This document shows, in pieces, positions 35,760 to 46,037 of a stretch of DNA of 64,000 nucleotides. The stretch covers positions 71,755-135,754 of the forward strand of contig JBAZTV010000001.1 in the NCBI GenBank assembly GCA_041661765.1, given 5' to 3'. Origin of the DNA: Candidatus Shapirobacteria bacterium. Lineage in GTDB: Bacteria; Patescibacteriota; Microgenomatia; UBA12405. Each line of letters begins with the position of its first letter. Position 1 is the stretch's first letter. Made by a program: the position numbers and the translations under genes. Below the pieces are notes generated by a model, which ran no database searches, had not been told where the DNA came from, and was given only the letters and a program-made list of their open reading frames with translations.

Positions 35760-36901
35760 TAAGTCTTAATCGAGCTGAATTCTAATTTATATTTTTTATT
35801 GTTTGCCACCGTAAAAACTATTCTATTTATCAACCAAGTTAAACCAATTAAAATCAAGTAATAACACATCCCAATAAGTGTAATTTTAGGAAATTGATCT
35901 TTAGACAAATAACCAATTATTCCCGACACCACTCCAATAGTTGTAATTAAAGTTAAAGATTGAATAGTATTTGCATTTGCTTGGCTTTTAACTTCTAAAA
36001 CCACTTGTATCGCTGTATTAAGGTAATCTTTTGTCATATTCCAGACTTCTTTTATATAAGCATGTGTATCAATCAATGTTTCAAATTTATATTGAAAAAT
36101 ATTTGACAATTTTTCTTCTAAACTCATTTTTTTAGCAATTGATGATCTCGTGTTTACATAAACATTCATTTGATTAATTCGGCTACCAATTAAATTAATC
36201 GTTTTTTGATATCCATCTAATTTCATTCTCACTTTCTCAATATTTTTACCCAACAAAACTCTCTTTTCTTTATACTCAGATATTTCCTCCCACAACTCTC
36301 TATGAATATTCAAATATCTTTCTAATTGATCCTTAAATTCTCTAAAAAAAATTTGCATTTCCATCAAAGCTCGAACATGTTTTTCATCAATTCCTCTAAT
36401 AAAAATATATTTTGGAGTTTTATACACCGACATATCATCAGCCTCAATTTTGCTGTAAATTTTTCCAAAAACATTTTCATCCACTTCTATTTTTTTTGAT
36501 TTAGTCGAAATAACCACCGGGTGATCCAATTTAATGTTCGCCAAAATTTTTGGTGTTGGCGCTCCTAACGAAAAAATGTAAGCAATTGCCGGGTTTAATT
36601 TTTCTTCAAAATATTCTTCCAACAATGTCTTTGCTTCAACTGCATCTTTTGAATTAATTTCTAAAATATACAGACCATCTTCATAGTAGCGAATTTCTAT
36701 TCCATTTTTTGTGTTAGCTTTAACATATTCCAAATAATCAATTTCTCTCGAAACACTAATAATTTCTAAACCTTCTCGTAATTTTAATATTTTATTTTTA
36801 TCCAAGCCCAAATTCGTTTCACCTAATGCTAAAAAATTAAATATCTCAGTTAGATGTAAAGTTGTTCTTTGATACCAACCACCAAAAGTAATTGTGTACA
36901 T
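35759..36901 (-). CDS. Hypothetical protein with a large cytoplasmic domain and two C-terminal TM helices (CorA-like topology, no GMN motif)
   Basis: 380 aa. Hydropathy only. Confidence 0.35.
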   Translation of the reverse strand: MYTITFGGWYQRTTLHLTEIFNFLALGETNLGLDKNKILKLREGLEIISVSREIDYLEYVKANTKNGIEIRYYEDGLYILEINSKDAVEAKTLLEEYFEEKLNPAIAYIFSLGAPTPKILANIKLDHPVVISTKSKKIEVDENVFGKIYSKIEADDMSVYKTPKYIFIRGIDEKHVRALMEMQIFFREFKDQLERYLNIHRELWEEISEYKEKRVLLGKNIEKVRMKLDGYQKTINLIGSRINQMNVYVNTRSSIAKKMSLEEKLSNIFQYKFETLIDTHAYIKEVWNMTKDYLNTAIQVVLEVKSQANANTIQSLTLITTIGVVSGIIGYLSKDQFPKITLIGMCYYLILIGLTWLINRIVFTVANNKKYKLEFSSIKT

Positions 36902-36935
36902 GAATTAAGATTATCACACCTAAAGATCGTTTTTT

Positions 36936-37361
36936 TTATTCCGCCTTAATGGCAATTTTTTTAGGTTGTACTTTTGGTGACTTAGCAAATATGACTGTCA
37001 TCATTCCATTTTTACATTTTGCTTCTGGTTCAGTATTATTATCAATATCACCCGGCACCGTCAATTGATAAACAAAAGATTGTCTTGATTGCCTAATCAC
37101 CTTTTTCTTTTCCTCTTTTTCAGTTGATTCCGCCCTTATTGACAAAAGTCCCTTATTGAAGGTGATTTCTATATCTTTAGCATCAATTCCAGGCACTGCC
37201 GCTTTCACATAAACATTTTTATCGTCCTCAGAAATTGACAGACCGCTATCATTATTCGATGTTATTAAATCATTATTCCACCATGAATCCAAATCAGACG
37301 GAAACCATGGCGCCATTAATAATTTTTTAGGTACTAACATATTCATATTTTTTCCTTCCAC
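36936..37361 (-). CDS. Hsp20/alpha-crystallin small heat-shock protein
   Basis: Alpha-crystallin domain (DVYVKAAVPGIDAKDIEITF...LLSIRAE) and a C-terminal I.I tail. Confidence 0.75.
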   Translation of the reverse strand: MEGKNMNMLVPKKLLMAPWFPSDLDSWWNNDLITSNNDSGLSISEDDKNVYVKAAVPGIDAKDIEITFNKGLLSIRAESTEKEEKKKVIRQSRQSFVYQLTVPGDIDNNTEPEAKCKNGMMTVIFAKSPKVQPKKIAIKAE

Positions 37362-37411
37362 ATTAAATAACTAAATCAATTCAATTAAAAACAATTAAAA
37401 TTAAAAATTAA

Positions 37412-37780
37412 TTAAAAAATCTTAGGAATAAAAATTATCAAACCAATTATTGCCGCCACCATTGCAGTTACCAATACCGATCCTGCCGCCATATCTCTCA
37501 CCTTAGTCGTCGCTTCATAGCTTAATTTATTAACATCTCTAACTGTATTACTTAATTCTTCAACACTAGAATTAACTAACTCAGCTGACCAAACCAATGA
37601 AACCAAAACCAAAATTATTATCCATTCATTTATTGACAATTTATAATATAAACTCGCTGTCAATAATATTAAAGTCATCACTCCGTGAAACTTCATATTC
37701 CGTCCTTCAAAACCTCCAACTATTCCTCTAAATGCATAAACAAATCCCATTAAAAATTTCACCATAAAATATTCTAACAA
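37412..37780 (-). CDS. dgkA: Diacylglycerol kinase (prokaryotic DgkA family)
   Basis: ELVNSSVEELSNTVRD and KVRDMAAGSVLVTAMVAAIIG align with E. coli DgkA (EILNSAIEAVVDRIG / RAKDMGSAAVLIAIIVAVITW). Confidence 0.75.
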   Translation of the reverse strand: MLEYFMVKFLMGFVYAFRGIVGGFEGRNMKFHGVMTLILLTASLYYKLSINEWIIILVLVSLVWSAELVNSSVEELSNTVRDVNKLSYEATTKVRDMAAGSVLVTAMVAAIIGLIIFIPKIF

Positions 37781-37790
37781 ATTTATAGAA

Positions 37791-40700
37791 TTATTTAAAA
37801 ATATTTACCAATGTTTTCAACTTATTTTTAATAATAGTTTTATATTTATAAATTGTTCCCTTTTTATTTGCCTTAGCTGGCACCCATTCTGACCATGGGC
37901 CCATAGTACAGCCATTAACCGCCGCCACTTTAAAATAATAAGTTATTTTTGGATTAAGCATATTAATATCAGCATTTTGTACTCCTTTGTTTTCATTAAT
38001 AGTGTTAATAAATGTTCCAAATCGTTCGTCTCCCTTTTTCAAACCATATAAAACAGCATAAGACGTTGCTTGTGAAGTTGGGGAGTAAAAAAGTTTAACA
38101 CTGCCTTTAATAGTTTTAATTTCAAAAAGGTCAGGGTTATCGATTGGAGGACTATCAGTACAAACTCTTGGTCCATAATTATTACTATTATTATCAGAAC
38201 TTTGCTGAGTCGCAGTTTCATAAGAAGCAGCTGTAAAATAAGAAGCTTGAGTGGCCCAAAATTGACAATAACCACTACTTACCACACAAGTGGCAGGTGT
38301 CACAATACCATCACTTGTCCACCCAGAAGATCCAGTTGGAGAACGCAAAACATTTAAAGTTCTTCCGTTCAAGTCTGTTCCCACATAAATATTAATAGTA
38401 ACAGGGTTACTAAAGGTTAATGTTTTGTTTGGAATTCCCCATTGAATTACTGCTTCTTTAGTAAAACCCGAACCAAGATCTGATACAGTATTTTTGTCGA
38501 CTACAATTGCACTTAATTCATTAGTATTAAAAAGCTGATTATCATGTTCAGTAATATCTGTACCTTGTAATAAATATACAGTACTTAAAGTACCACTAGT
38601 ACCAATATTTATAGTTATATTATTAGCCACTGATACTTTTGATGTTTCATCAGGATTATCATTATTTGGAGTGGTTGTAAAAGTACCATAAGTTATTAAA
38701 TCCGAGAGATTAGTTGCTCCAATATTTGATGGCACTATTTTTGTTGCTCTAAAAACAGAAACAGCATTATTTAAAGCATTTACTGCCAGATCTATTTGAT
38801 CTTGATTTGATGTTAAATTATTTTTAATTCCAGTAGCTGTAGTAATAGCTGTCTGAAGATCAGTGATAGCATTAGTTGGATATTGACCATAACCAGTTCC
38901 AGCCACTGCCGAATCATACTGTGATTGAGCCAAAGTAATCGCAATATTTAAATTAGTAAAATCTGCCACTGGTGTCACTCCACTAATAGAAGCATATGCT
39001 CCCAATCCAGTCTGGTTAACTGCTGCCACTCTAAAATTATAACTAGTCCCATTAGTTAAACCAGTTACAGTAGTAGATGTTCCAATAATTAAACTTCCAT
39101 GACCCACAGTAGTCCAACTATCACCTATTCCATAATCAATTTGATAATCGACAATAGTCGAACCTACATTTGTCGGCCCAGTCCAAGATAATAAAACTTG
39201 AGTATTACCTGGAACACCTGTTAAATTACCAGGTGCAGAGGGGACAGAAACAGGAGCGATAGTAACTGTTATATTATAATTTTGAGTTGAAGTATTTTCA
39301 GCTGTGACAGTGTAAGAAACTGGATTGGTAAAATCCCGAGCCGTACCAGAAAGTGGAGAAATAGATGCCCCAGCATCAACAGTAATAATTGGAGTCAAAT
39401 TTGTCACATCAGTGCCATACGGAACAGTAACACCTATATCAGTTCCGTTAATTATTCCTGATACTCCTATCCCATTAAAACTAAATCCTGTTATTGTTTT
39501 ATTAATGGAACCTATTGTAATAGTAATAGGTGAAGAAGTTGAGCCAACTCCTGTTTGATTAATAGCACTAACTCTAAAATCATAACTAACTCCATTAGTT
39601 AAACCAGTTACAGTGGTGGATGTTCCTGTAATTGAAACTTCGTGAGTAAAAGTAATCCAACTATCTCCTATACCATATTCTATTTGATAATCTAGAATAG
39701 TTGAGCCTACATCGACTGGAGCATTCCAGTTTAAAGTAACTTGATTACTATTAGAAACACCTGTTAGATTACCAGGTGCAGAGGGGACAGGAACCGGAGC
39801 TACAGGTACTATTCCATAACTATAAACATATGCACCTAATCCAGTTTGATTAACCGCTGCCACTCTAAAATCATAACTAACCCCATTAGTTAAACCAGTC
39901 ACCGGTATATTAGAAATATTAATTTCTGATGTAGCAACTACCTGAGTAGTCCAATTAATTTCAGTATCGCCAATTACACTCTCCTTATATCCAATCTGAT
40001 ACTGAACAATAGTCGAACCTACATTTGCCGGCCCAGTCCAAGATAATAAAACTTGGGTATTACCTGGAACAGTGGTTAAATTATTAGGTGCAGAGGGAAC
40101 AGAAACAGGAGTCATGAGAGCTTCCATTACTAAGACTGAATTATAAGCATTAATTCTTTTCCCTGTAGTAGTTTTTCCAGATAAAGCATCAATAGAATCA
40201 CCATTATTTAAAATAATATTTCTCAATTGGGAATAAGTTACTGAAGGGTTAATGCTTAATAAATATCCAGCTAATCCAGTCACATGAGGAGTAGCCATTG
40301 AAGTTCCATCTTTAAAATCATAACCAGCATCTGTGCCATTTTCAGGATAATCAATTATTTTAATATTGTACACATAGCAACCAATATTAGCATTCAAACT
40401 AGAGTCAGTTTTCCAATGTAATCGATATTTAAAATTATTAGTTAAATAAGAGCTACCTATACCAATATTAAAAGTATTAGAGCAATAAGAACTACCACAA
40501 GAACCAGTTGACATACCAGATATCGAAGATTTATTAAATCTAGAAACTTCAGTAAAAGTATCTCCTCCATCACCATTAAATTCCAAAGCTACATAATCTG
40601 AGGTAGCTCCACCACCACTATCAGTTGTCCCAACATCATAACACTGTGCTTTGAAACTAAATTTAGTCGGGTTGTTAATTGTGTTCGAAATGTCGATATT

Positions 40701-41996
40701 TTTTGAAGTAATAATATAATCAGAATTATTTGAATAAGTGGTACGACTATCAGTATTAAAAATTTCCCCAACATTTGAAGTATTTGCAACTTGCCAATAA
40801 GAACCAATACCGTTTATATAATCTAAATAATCTTCAATATAATCTTTTCTATAACTAACAGTACTATAAATATCCACACCAGGAGCTCCAACATCAACCG
40901 ATGTAGTGCCGTAATTAGAGAAACTAGCCAATTGATCATTATTATCAGTAGCCGCCACTGAAATAATATTATCCAAATCATAATCACTAGGATAGTTAGG
41001 GGTTATTTCATTATTAGCTCCATCATTTCCAGCACTAGTAATAAAAACACCACCAACTGCCTTAAAGCGGTTAATGGCATCATATTCTAAAGACGAATAA
41101 GATGGCCCACCATAACTTGCATTAATAACTTTTACTCCATTTTTAATTACAAAATCAATGGATTCAATCAGACAACTGCTACTAAAAGACCCATTTTCCA
41201 CTTGACAATTAAGAGCCATTATTTTTATTTTCTGACCAATACCAACAATTCCCAGGCCATTATTAATCACTCCACTAATAGTCCCAGCAATATGAGTCCC
41301 ATGATAAGAGCTTTCTACATTTGTTAGAACCGGAGCCGGATTAGTAGAACCAGTTATAAAATTATAACCATGAAGACAACCACCGACAATTGTATCGCCA
41401 TTTTGATCCAAACAATTACTACCATTCCACATATTATTAATCAAATCAGGATGATTCCAAGCAACACCAGTATCAATCACAGCAACAATAACATCACTGG
41501 TACCCACAGAAACATTCCAAGCTCGGGCTAAATCAATATCAGCCCCACTCGTGCCAATACTAGTTGTCCCATTATCAAAAGTAATAGTTTGGCCAAAATT
41601 ATCCAAACCCCACAAATTATTTTTATCAACATCACTAGTTCCTAGATCAGAAATATATGAATAATAATTTGGTTCAACTGTTTCAACATTAGAATCAGTT
41701 CTAACTTCATTAACAACTTCTTCTACCGACCGACCACTTTTAATTTTATAAACAACTACATTTCCAGATTCTAATACTGCATCCTTTTCTAAATCATTAT
41801 TTGTTCGAGTAGTATATTCTCTAAAAAGGGACATTAACCCAGGGTTAGCCAAATTAACTTGTCCTTTTTTGAATTTAACTAATACTTCATCTGGCGAATA
41901 TTTAGGCCGATTAATTTCTGCAGATGCCACAACAGTCGAGTTAAACAAAAGAAAACTTAAAAATAAAAAGCTAAAAAAAATACCCTTCTTAAACAT
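37791..41996 (-). CDS. Giant (1401-aa) secreted subtilisin-like serine protease (peptidase S8) with three FN3-like repeats and a C-terminal domain
   Basis: Signal peptide. Catalytic triad motifs VAVIDTGV, HGTHIAGTI and GTSMATPHVTG. Three copies of PSAPGNLTGVPGN.QV.L.W..P..VGSTI.DYQI.Y...VAAVNQTG. Confidence 0.85.
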   Translation of the reverse strand: MFKKGIFFSFLFLSFLLFNSTVVASAEINRPKYSPDEVLVKFKKGQVNLANPGLMSLFREYTTRTNNDLEKDAVLESGNVVVYKIKSGRSVEEVVNEVRTDSNVETVEPNYYSYISDLGTSDVDKNNLWGLDNFGQTITFDNGTTSIGTSGADIDLARAWNVSVGTSDVIVAVIDTGVAWNHPDLINNMWNGSNCLDQNGDTIVGGCLHGYNFITGSTNPAPVLTNVESSYHGTHIAGTISGVINNGLGIVGIGQKIKIMALNCQVENGSFSSSCLIESIDFVIKNGVKVINASYGGPSYSSLEYDAINRFKAVGGVFITSAGNDGANNEITPNYPSDYDLDNIISVAATDNNDQLASFSNYGTTSVDVGAPGVDIYSTVSYRKDYIEDYLDYINGIGSYWQVANTSNVGEIFNTDSRTTYSNNSDYIITSKNIDISNTINNPTKFSFKAQCYDVGTTDSGGGATSDYVALEFNGDGGDTFTEVSRFNKSSISGMSTGSCGSSYCSNTFNIGIGSSYLTNNFKYRLHWKTDSSLNANIGCYVYNIKIIDYPENGTDAGYDFKDGTSMATPHVTGLAGYLLSINPSVTYSQLRNIILNNGDSIDALSGKTTTGKRINAYNSVLVMEALMTPVSVPSAPNNLTTVPGNTQVLLSWTGPANVGSTIVQYQIGYKESVIGDTEINWTTQVVATSEINISNIPVTGLTNGVSYDFRVAAVNQTGLGAYVYSYGIVPVAPVPVPSAPGNLTGVSNSNQVTLNWNAPVDVGSTILDYQIEYGIGDSWITFTHEVSITGTSTTVTGLTNGVSYDFRVSAINQTGVGSTSSPITITIGSINKTITGFSFNGIGVSGIINGTDIGVTVPYGTDVTNLTPIITVDAGASISPLSGTARDFTNPVSYTVTAENTSTQNYNITVTIAPVSVPSAPGNLTGVPGNTQVLLSWTGPTNVGSTIVDYQIDYGIGDSWTTVGHGSLIIGTSTTVTGLTNGTSYNFRVAAVNQTGLGAYASISGVTPVADFTNLNIAITLAQSQYDSAVAGTGYGQYPTNAITDLQTAITTATGIKNNLTSNQDQIDLAVNALNNAVSVFRATKIVPSNIGATNLSDLITYGTFTTTPNNDNPDETSKVSVANNITINIGTSGTLSTVYLLQGTDITEHDNQLFNTNELSAIVVDKNTVSDLGSGFTKEAVIQWGIPNKTLTFSNPVTINIYVGTDLNGRTLNVLRSPTGSSGWTSDGIVTPATCVVSSGYCQFWATQASYFTAASYETATQQSSDNNSNNYGPRVCTDSPPIDNPDLFEIKTIKGSVKLFYSPTSQATSYAVLYGLKKGDERFGTFINTINENKGVQNADINMLNPKITYYFKVAAVNGCTMGPWSEWVPAKANKKGTIYKYKTIIKNKLKTLVNIFK
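38990..40110. repeat. Three tandem FN3-encoding nucleotide repeats inside the S8 protease gene
   Basis: Near-identical stretches, e.g. ...ctctaaaat(t/c)ataacta..cc.attagttaaaccagt.ac... at about 39040, 39580 and 39880. Confidence 0.7.
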
Positions 41997-42060
41997 TTTT
42001 AATCAAACAAAATTAATCTCATCTAAATGATATTATTAATTAATAATATCACTAAAAAAA

Positions 42061-42393
42061 ATGAAAAAAATAACTAGAAGATCCATCTTTTTTTTAATTT
42101 TAATTATTTTATTTTTAGTGATCGGGATAACAATTTTAATTGAAAATAATAAAAATAAAGAATCAATAAAAATTAAAGAAAACACTAATCTTTGTCAAAG
42201 GGCAGGTTGTAGTGGACAATTATGTGTTGAATCAAATTTCAAAGACACGACAACAACTTGTGAGTGGAAAGAAGAATATTCCTGTTACCAAAAAGCTAAA
42301 TGCGAAAAACAACCAGATGGAAAATGTGGATTTACTAAAGATGATCAATTCAATAAATGTGTCGACGAATTAATTGTAAAAATAGAAAAATAA
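42061..42393 (+). CDS. Small secreted Cys-rich protein
   Basis: Signal/TM segment followed by an 8-Cys domain of about 70 aa (CQRAGCSGQLC...CEW...C..AKCEKQPDGKCGF...C). Confidence 0.45.
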   Translation: MKKITRRSIFFLILIILFLVIGITILIENNKNKESIKIKENTNLCQRAGCSGQLCVESNFKDTTTTCEWKEEYSCYQKAKCEKQPDGKCGFTKDDQFNKCVDELIVKIEK

Positions 42394-42405
42394 AAGTTTG
42401 TAAAA

Positions 42406-42810
42406 ATGAACGGAAATAATTTAATAATAATTGTTAAAGATTTAAATAATAATGTCGTTAAGGATGCTAAGGTAAACTTAGTCTCTGAAAAATTGAGCGG
42501 AATAACCGACGACAAAGGACAAATAGCTTTCCCTTTACCAAACGCAAAAAAAATAAATGTCGAAGTTGAACTAAATGGAGAAACTAATACTACTACCTAT
42601 TATCTAACTGGTAACTCGAATCAGAAATTAGAAATAAATTTTGCCTCCTACAAAAAACTTCAAGAATCTCAATCATCATCTCAAACATCATCTCAATCAC
42701 TATTAATTAAAGATAAAAGACAAAATGGAAATGCAGTTTATATTTTTAGTTTTTTAATAATAATTTTAGGTAGCTATTTACTATTCAAAAAATATCAAAA
42801 ATATAAATAG
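42406..42810 (+). CDS. Hypothetical protein with an N-terminal beta-sandwich-like domain (CarboxypepD_reg-like) and a C-terminal TM anchor
   Basis: 134 aa, S/Q-rich linker. Hydropathy only. Confidence 0.35.
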   Translation: MNGNNLIIIVKDLNNNVVKDAKVNLVSEKLSGITDDKGQIAFPLPNAKKINVEVELNGETNTTTYYLTGNSNQKLEINFASYKKLQESQSSSQTSSQSLLIKDKRQNGNAVYIFSFLIIILGSYLLFKKYQKYK

Positions 42811-42873
42811 CCAAGTTTCTTCCAATTTCAATACATTCAATTTTATTAGATAATTTTAGATACAATATAATCC

Positions 42874-43797
42874 ATGATGTTAACAATTTTAACTATTATT
42901 GGCCTCAGTCTTTTTGAAGTCGTTTGTAGCATTGATAATGCTATCGTTAACGCCAAAGTTTTGCGCACTGTTAGTGCTAAAGCCAAAAAATGGTTTTTAA
43001 CTTGGGGATTATTTTTTGCAGTCTTTGTTGTTCGTGGTCTTTTACCATGGATAATAGTCTGGGCTGTCAATCCTCATTTAGGTCCAATTGGTGCTTTTAC
43101 TGCATCTTTTAGTTCCGATCCTGTCATTGCTCATTCAATTGAAAAATCAATCCCAGTTTTATTTATGACTGGTGGTGTTTTCTTACTACTTTTATTCTTT
43201 AGTTGGCTTTTTCTTGAAAATGAAAATTATTGTATAAGAGGGGAATATTTTTTTTATCGCAAAGGTTTTTGGTTTAACAGTATTGCTTCTTTAATCTTAC
43301 TTGTTTTAACTTTTATTACTATTAAAATTGATCCCAACATGACTTTAGGTGCTGCCATAGGGTCTACCATTTTTTTTATTACTCACGGTTTTCGTGAGCG
43401 AGCAAAAAGCATGGAAGAAGGCCTGGAAACTTCCAATCGTTCAGATTTTAGTAAACTTCTATTTTTAGAAATTCTCGACACTAATTTTTCCATAGATGGG
43501 GTTCTTGGTGCCTTTGCTTTTACTCTTTCCATCCCAATTATTTTACTTGGTAATGGTATTGGAGCTGTAATTGTTAGACAGTTAACAGTTGGTAATATTG
43601 ATCGAATTAAAAAATATCGTTATCTTGAAAATGGCGCTATGTATTCCATCTTTTTTCTTGGATTTTTTATGATTACAGAATCATTCGGCATTCCAGTCCC
43701 AAAATTTTTACCCCCAATTTTTACTATTAGTACCATCTCTTTCTTTTTATATAAATCAATTGTCAGACTAAAACTAGAACAATCAGCCAAAATTTAA
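42874..43797 (+). CDS. TerC/DUF475-family integral membrane protein
   Basis: Duplicated SIDNAIV / SIDGVLG motifs in two internal repeats. 307 aa. Confidence 0.45.
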   Translation: MMLTILTIIGLSLFEVVCSIDNAIVNAKVLRTVSAKAKKWFLTWGLFFAVFVVRGLLPWIIVWAVNPHLGPIGAFTASFSSDPVIAHSIEKSIPVLFMTGGVFLLLLFFSWLFLENENYCIRGEYFFYRKGFWFNSIASLILLVLTFITIKIDPNMTLGAAIGSTIFFITHGFRERAKSMEEGLETSNRSDFSKLLFLEILDTNFSIDGVLGAFAFTLSIPIILLGNGIGAVIVRQLTVGNIDRIKKYRYLENGAMYSIFFLGFFMITESFGIPVPKFLPPIFTISTISFFLYKSIVRLKLEQSAKI

Positions 43798-44312
43798 TTA
43801 AAAATCTATTTTATCCGAACGAATTACTCTATGTCAGGGGATTCCCCACCACCCTAAAAACCTTTGGTTTTTCGGCCAGTATTACTACCTCTTTATAAGA
43901 CAAAGTTTTTCCTTTAGAAATTTTCTTTATCATGGCATAAACTTTTTCCACCATCGAAAAATAAACTAATTTCTCTAATCGTATTATTTATTGTTCTTTT
44001 AATTTTTATTTTATTATTTTTTTTAATCAAAAATTTTTCATTTGTCTTAATTAAAAAATCTTTAGATAAACAAAATTTCATCTTCAAAAACTTATTAAAA
44101 AATTTTTTCAACCATAAGTTAGTCAAAATTAATATCAAAGCAAATAAACCTAGAAATAAATATGAAATTGAAAATTTAATAATACTGATGCAAAACCGAA
44201 CCAAAAATCAAACTGATTGAAAGTGATAAAAATGCCTTTTTTCTCCGAATTATTTCTTTTTCCGAAACTTTATATTTTACTAACACAATTAATTATATAT
44301 CAGAGAAGGGAA

Positions 44313-45581
44313 TCATTTTCGCAATTTATATATTTTCCCTGTATTACCCCCAATACCAAGTTGATCTGTTGTTAGAACATATAATTCCCCATTTTTGTCT
44401 TCACCAAACCCATTAATAAAGGAATCAGTCTTTATAGTCTCAGTTACATTCCATTTGTTTTCTTTTTCTTCTGCCACCATAATTTTCCCCCCACCAGTCT
44501 TAAAATTATCACTCCAATCTCCAAAAATATATTTTCCATTCAACCCCGAGATTTCTGTTCCTCTATAAATAAATCCGCCGATAATAGATATTCCTTCCGA
44601 ATGATTATATTCCAAAATAGGTGCTATTAATTGTTCTCCTAGATAACCGACATTAACACAATCGGCTGGAGATTTATCAGGACTTTCATGACTAAAACAG
44701 TAATTTCCTTCTTTAATATTCCATCCATAATTTTTACCTTTCTCAACAATATCAACTTCTTCCCATAAATTTTGTCCAACATCGCCTACAAAAAGTCTAC
44801 CTGTTTCTTTGTCAAATGACATTCTAAATGGATTTCTAAATCCATAAGCATAAATTTCATCCCTTCCTGTTTTTCCAACAAAAGGATTATCTTCAGGGAT
44901 TCCTCCATCTGTTTTAATTCGTAAAATTTTACCTAGCAAATTAGACAGATCTTGCGCATTTCCGGTTTTCGAATGCCCCAAACCAAAATCATCCGCGTTT
45001 CCACCATCACCGACAGCCACATAAAGATAGCCATCACTTCCAAAAATTATTTCTCCACCATTGTGATTAAATTGTGGTTCATCAATTTCCAAAATTATTT
45101 TTTCTGAATTTAAATCTGCCTTGTCCTGGTTATCATTAGAAACTTTAAATTCTGAAATTCTACTGGTATGATCCCACCCTTGCGGACCATTTTTTCTCAA
45201 AGGCGCACTGTAATAAACATAAAATTTTTTATCATTTTCAAAATTAGGACTGAAAGCAATTCCCAAAAGCCCTCGTTCATCATAACTTTCCTTTAGTTTA
45301 ACCATATTCTTCCTTAAATCTAAAAATGGTTCATCCAATACTTGTCCATCTTTTATTATTTTAATTAGACCAGTTTGGTCAGTAACAAATAATCTACCGC
45401 TATTATTAGGGGATTCAAGTAACTTTATAGGGGAAACAAATTTATCTGCAACTAATTCCAAATTTATCGCTTCTGATTTTTTCATAGGGTTAGATAAAGG
45501 GGTTGGTAAAAGAAAAAAATAAATTATTAACATTGCTACCATAACTATTCCAACATAAATTAAAATATTTTTTTGTTTCAT
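44313..45581 (-). CDS. Soluble glucose/sorbosone dehydrogenase (GSDH, PQQ-dependent, YliI-like beta-propeller)
   Basis: HNGGEIIFGSDGYLYVAVGDGGNADD...GKILRIKTDGGIPEDNPF, and RNPFRMSFD. N-terminal TM/signal. Confidence 0.7.
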   Translation of the reverse strand: MKQKNILIYVGIVMVAMLIIYFFLLPTPLSNPMKKSEAINLELVADKFVSPIKLLESPNNSGRLFVTDQTGLIKIIKDGQVLDEPFLDLRKNMVKLKESYDERGLLGIAFSPNFENDKKFYVYYSAPLRKNGPQGWDHTSRISEFKVSNDNQDKADLNSEKIILEIDEPQFNHNGGEIIFGSDGYLYVAVGDGGNADDFGLGHSKTGNAQDLSNLLGKILRIKTDGGIPEDNPFVGKTGRDEIYAYGFRNPFRMSFDKETGRLFVGDVGQNLWEEVDIVEKGKNYGWNIKEGNYCFSHESPDKSPADCVNVGYLGEQLIAPILEYNHSEGISIIGGFIYRGTEISGLNGKYIFGDWSDNFKTGGGKIMVAEEKENKWNVTETIKTDSFINGFGEDKNGELYVLTTDQLGIGGNTGKIYKLRK

Positions 45582-45587
45582 ATTTTT

Positions 45588-45974
45588 TTATTGAACAATA
45601 ATTTTTCCTGTCATAAAAGGATGGGGTGTACAGTGATAGTCATATTCTCCAGTCTGATTAAAAGTGTGTGAATATGTCTCATCTAGACTAAGTAGCTCCG
45701 AAGATAATTCTTTTCCAGCATCCGAGAAAACATTGTGTTTTATAGAATCTTTATTTTTCCAAACAACTTTCTCCCCAGCCAAAATCGTTATTTCTTTTGG
45801 GGAATATGCATAATTCTCAATAATAACAATTTTTTGTCCTTCAATCTCTTCCGATATTTTTGAATCTTTCAAAACTTCTATTGAAGGTTTTTTTAAATAA
45901 GAATAAAAACCAACTCCGACAACCACAACTACTATAACAGAGATAATAATTGAGATTAATGTTTTTTTTCTCAC
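45588..45974 (-). CDS. Cupredoxin (plastocyanin/azurin-like type-1 blue copper protein)
   Basis: Type-1 copper ligand set in KHNVFSD ... YHCTPHPFM (H, C, H, M). N-terminal TM anchor. 128 aa. Confidence 0.75.
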   Translation of the reverse strand: MRKKTLISIIISVIVVVVVGVGFYSYLKKPSIEVLKDSKISEEIEGQKIVIIENYAYSPKEITILAGEKVVWKNKDSIKHNVFSDAGKELSSELLSLDETYSHTFNQTGEYDYHCTPHPFMTGKIIVQ

Positions 45975-46037
45975 AATTTAATAATAACACTAAATCTAAA
46001 ACAATTTAAAAACAGTAAATCATTGTATGATTAGAAC

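Noticed and set aside
38039-40807. ORFs 38039-38275, 39325-39558 and 40589-40807
   Set aside because: Internal or antisense to the S8 protease gene, whose catalytic motifs and FN3 repeats confirm the long frame.
43914-44204. 96-aa minus-strand ORF in the 43.8-44.3 kb AT-rich spacer
   Set aside because: Lys/Phe/Ile-rich low-complexity translation of AT-rich DNA, no ribosome-binding site and no recognisable features. Probably non-coding intergenic sequence. A weak AAAAACC-TTT-GGTTTTT hairpin at about 43868 may terminate the upstream TerC-like gene.
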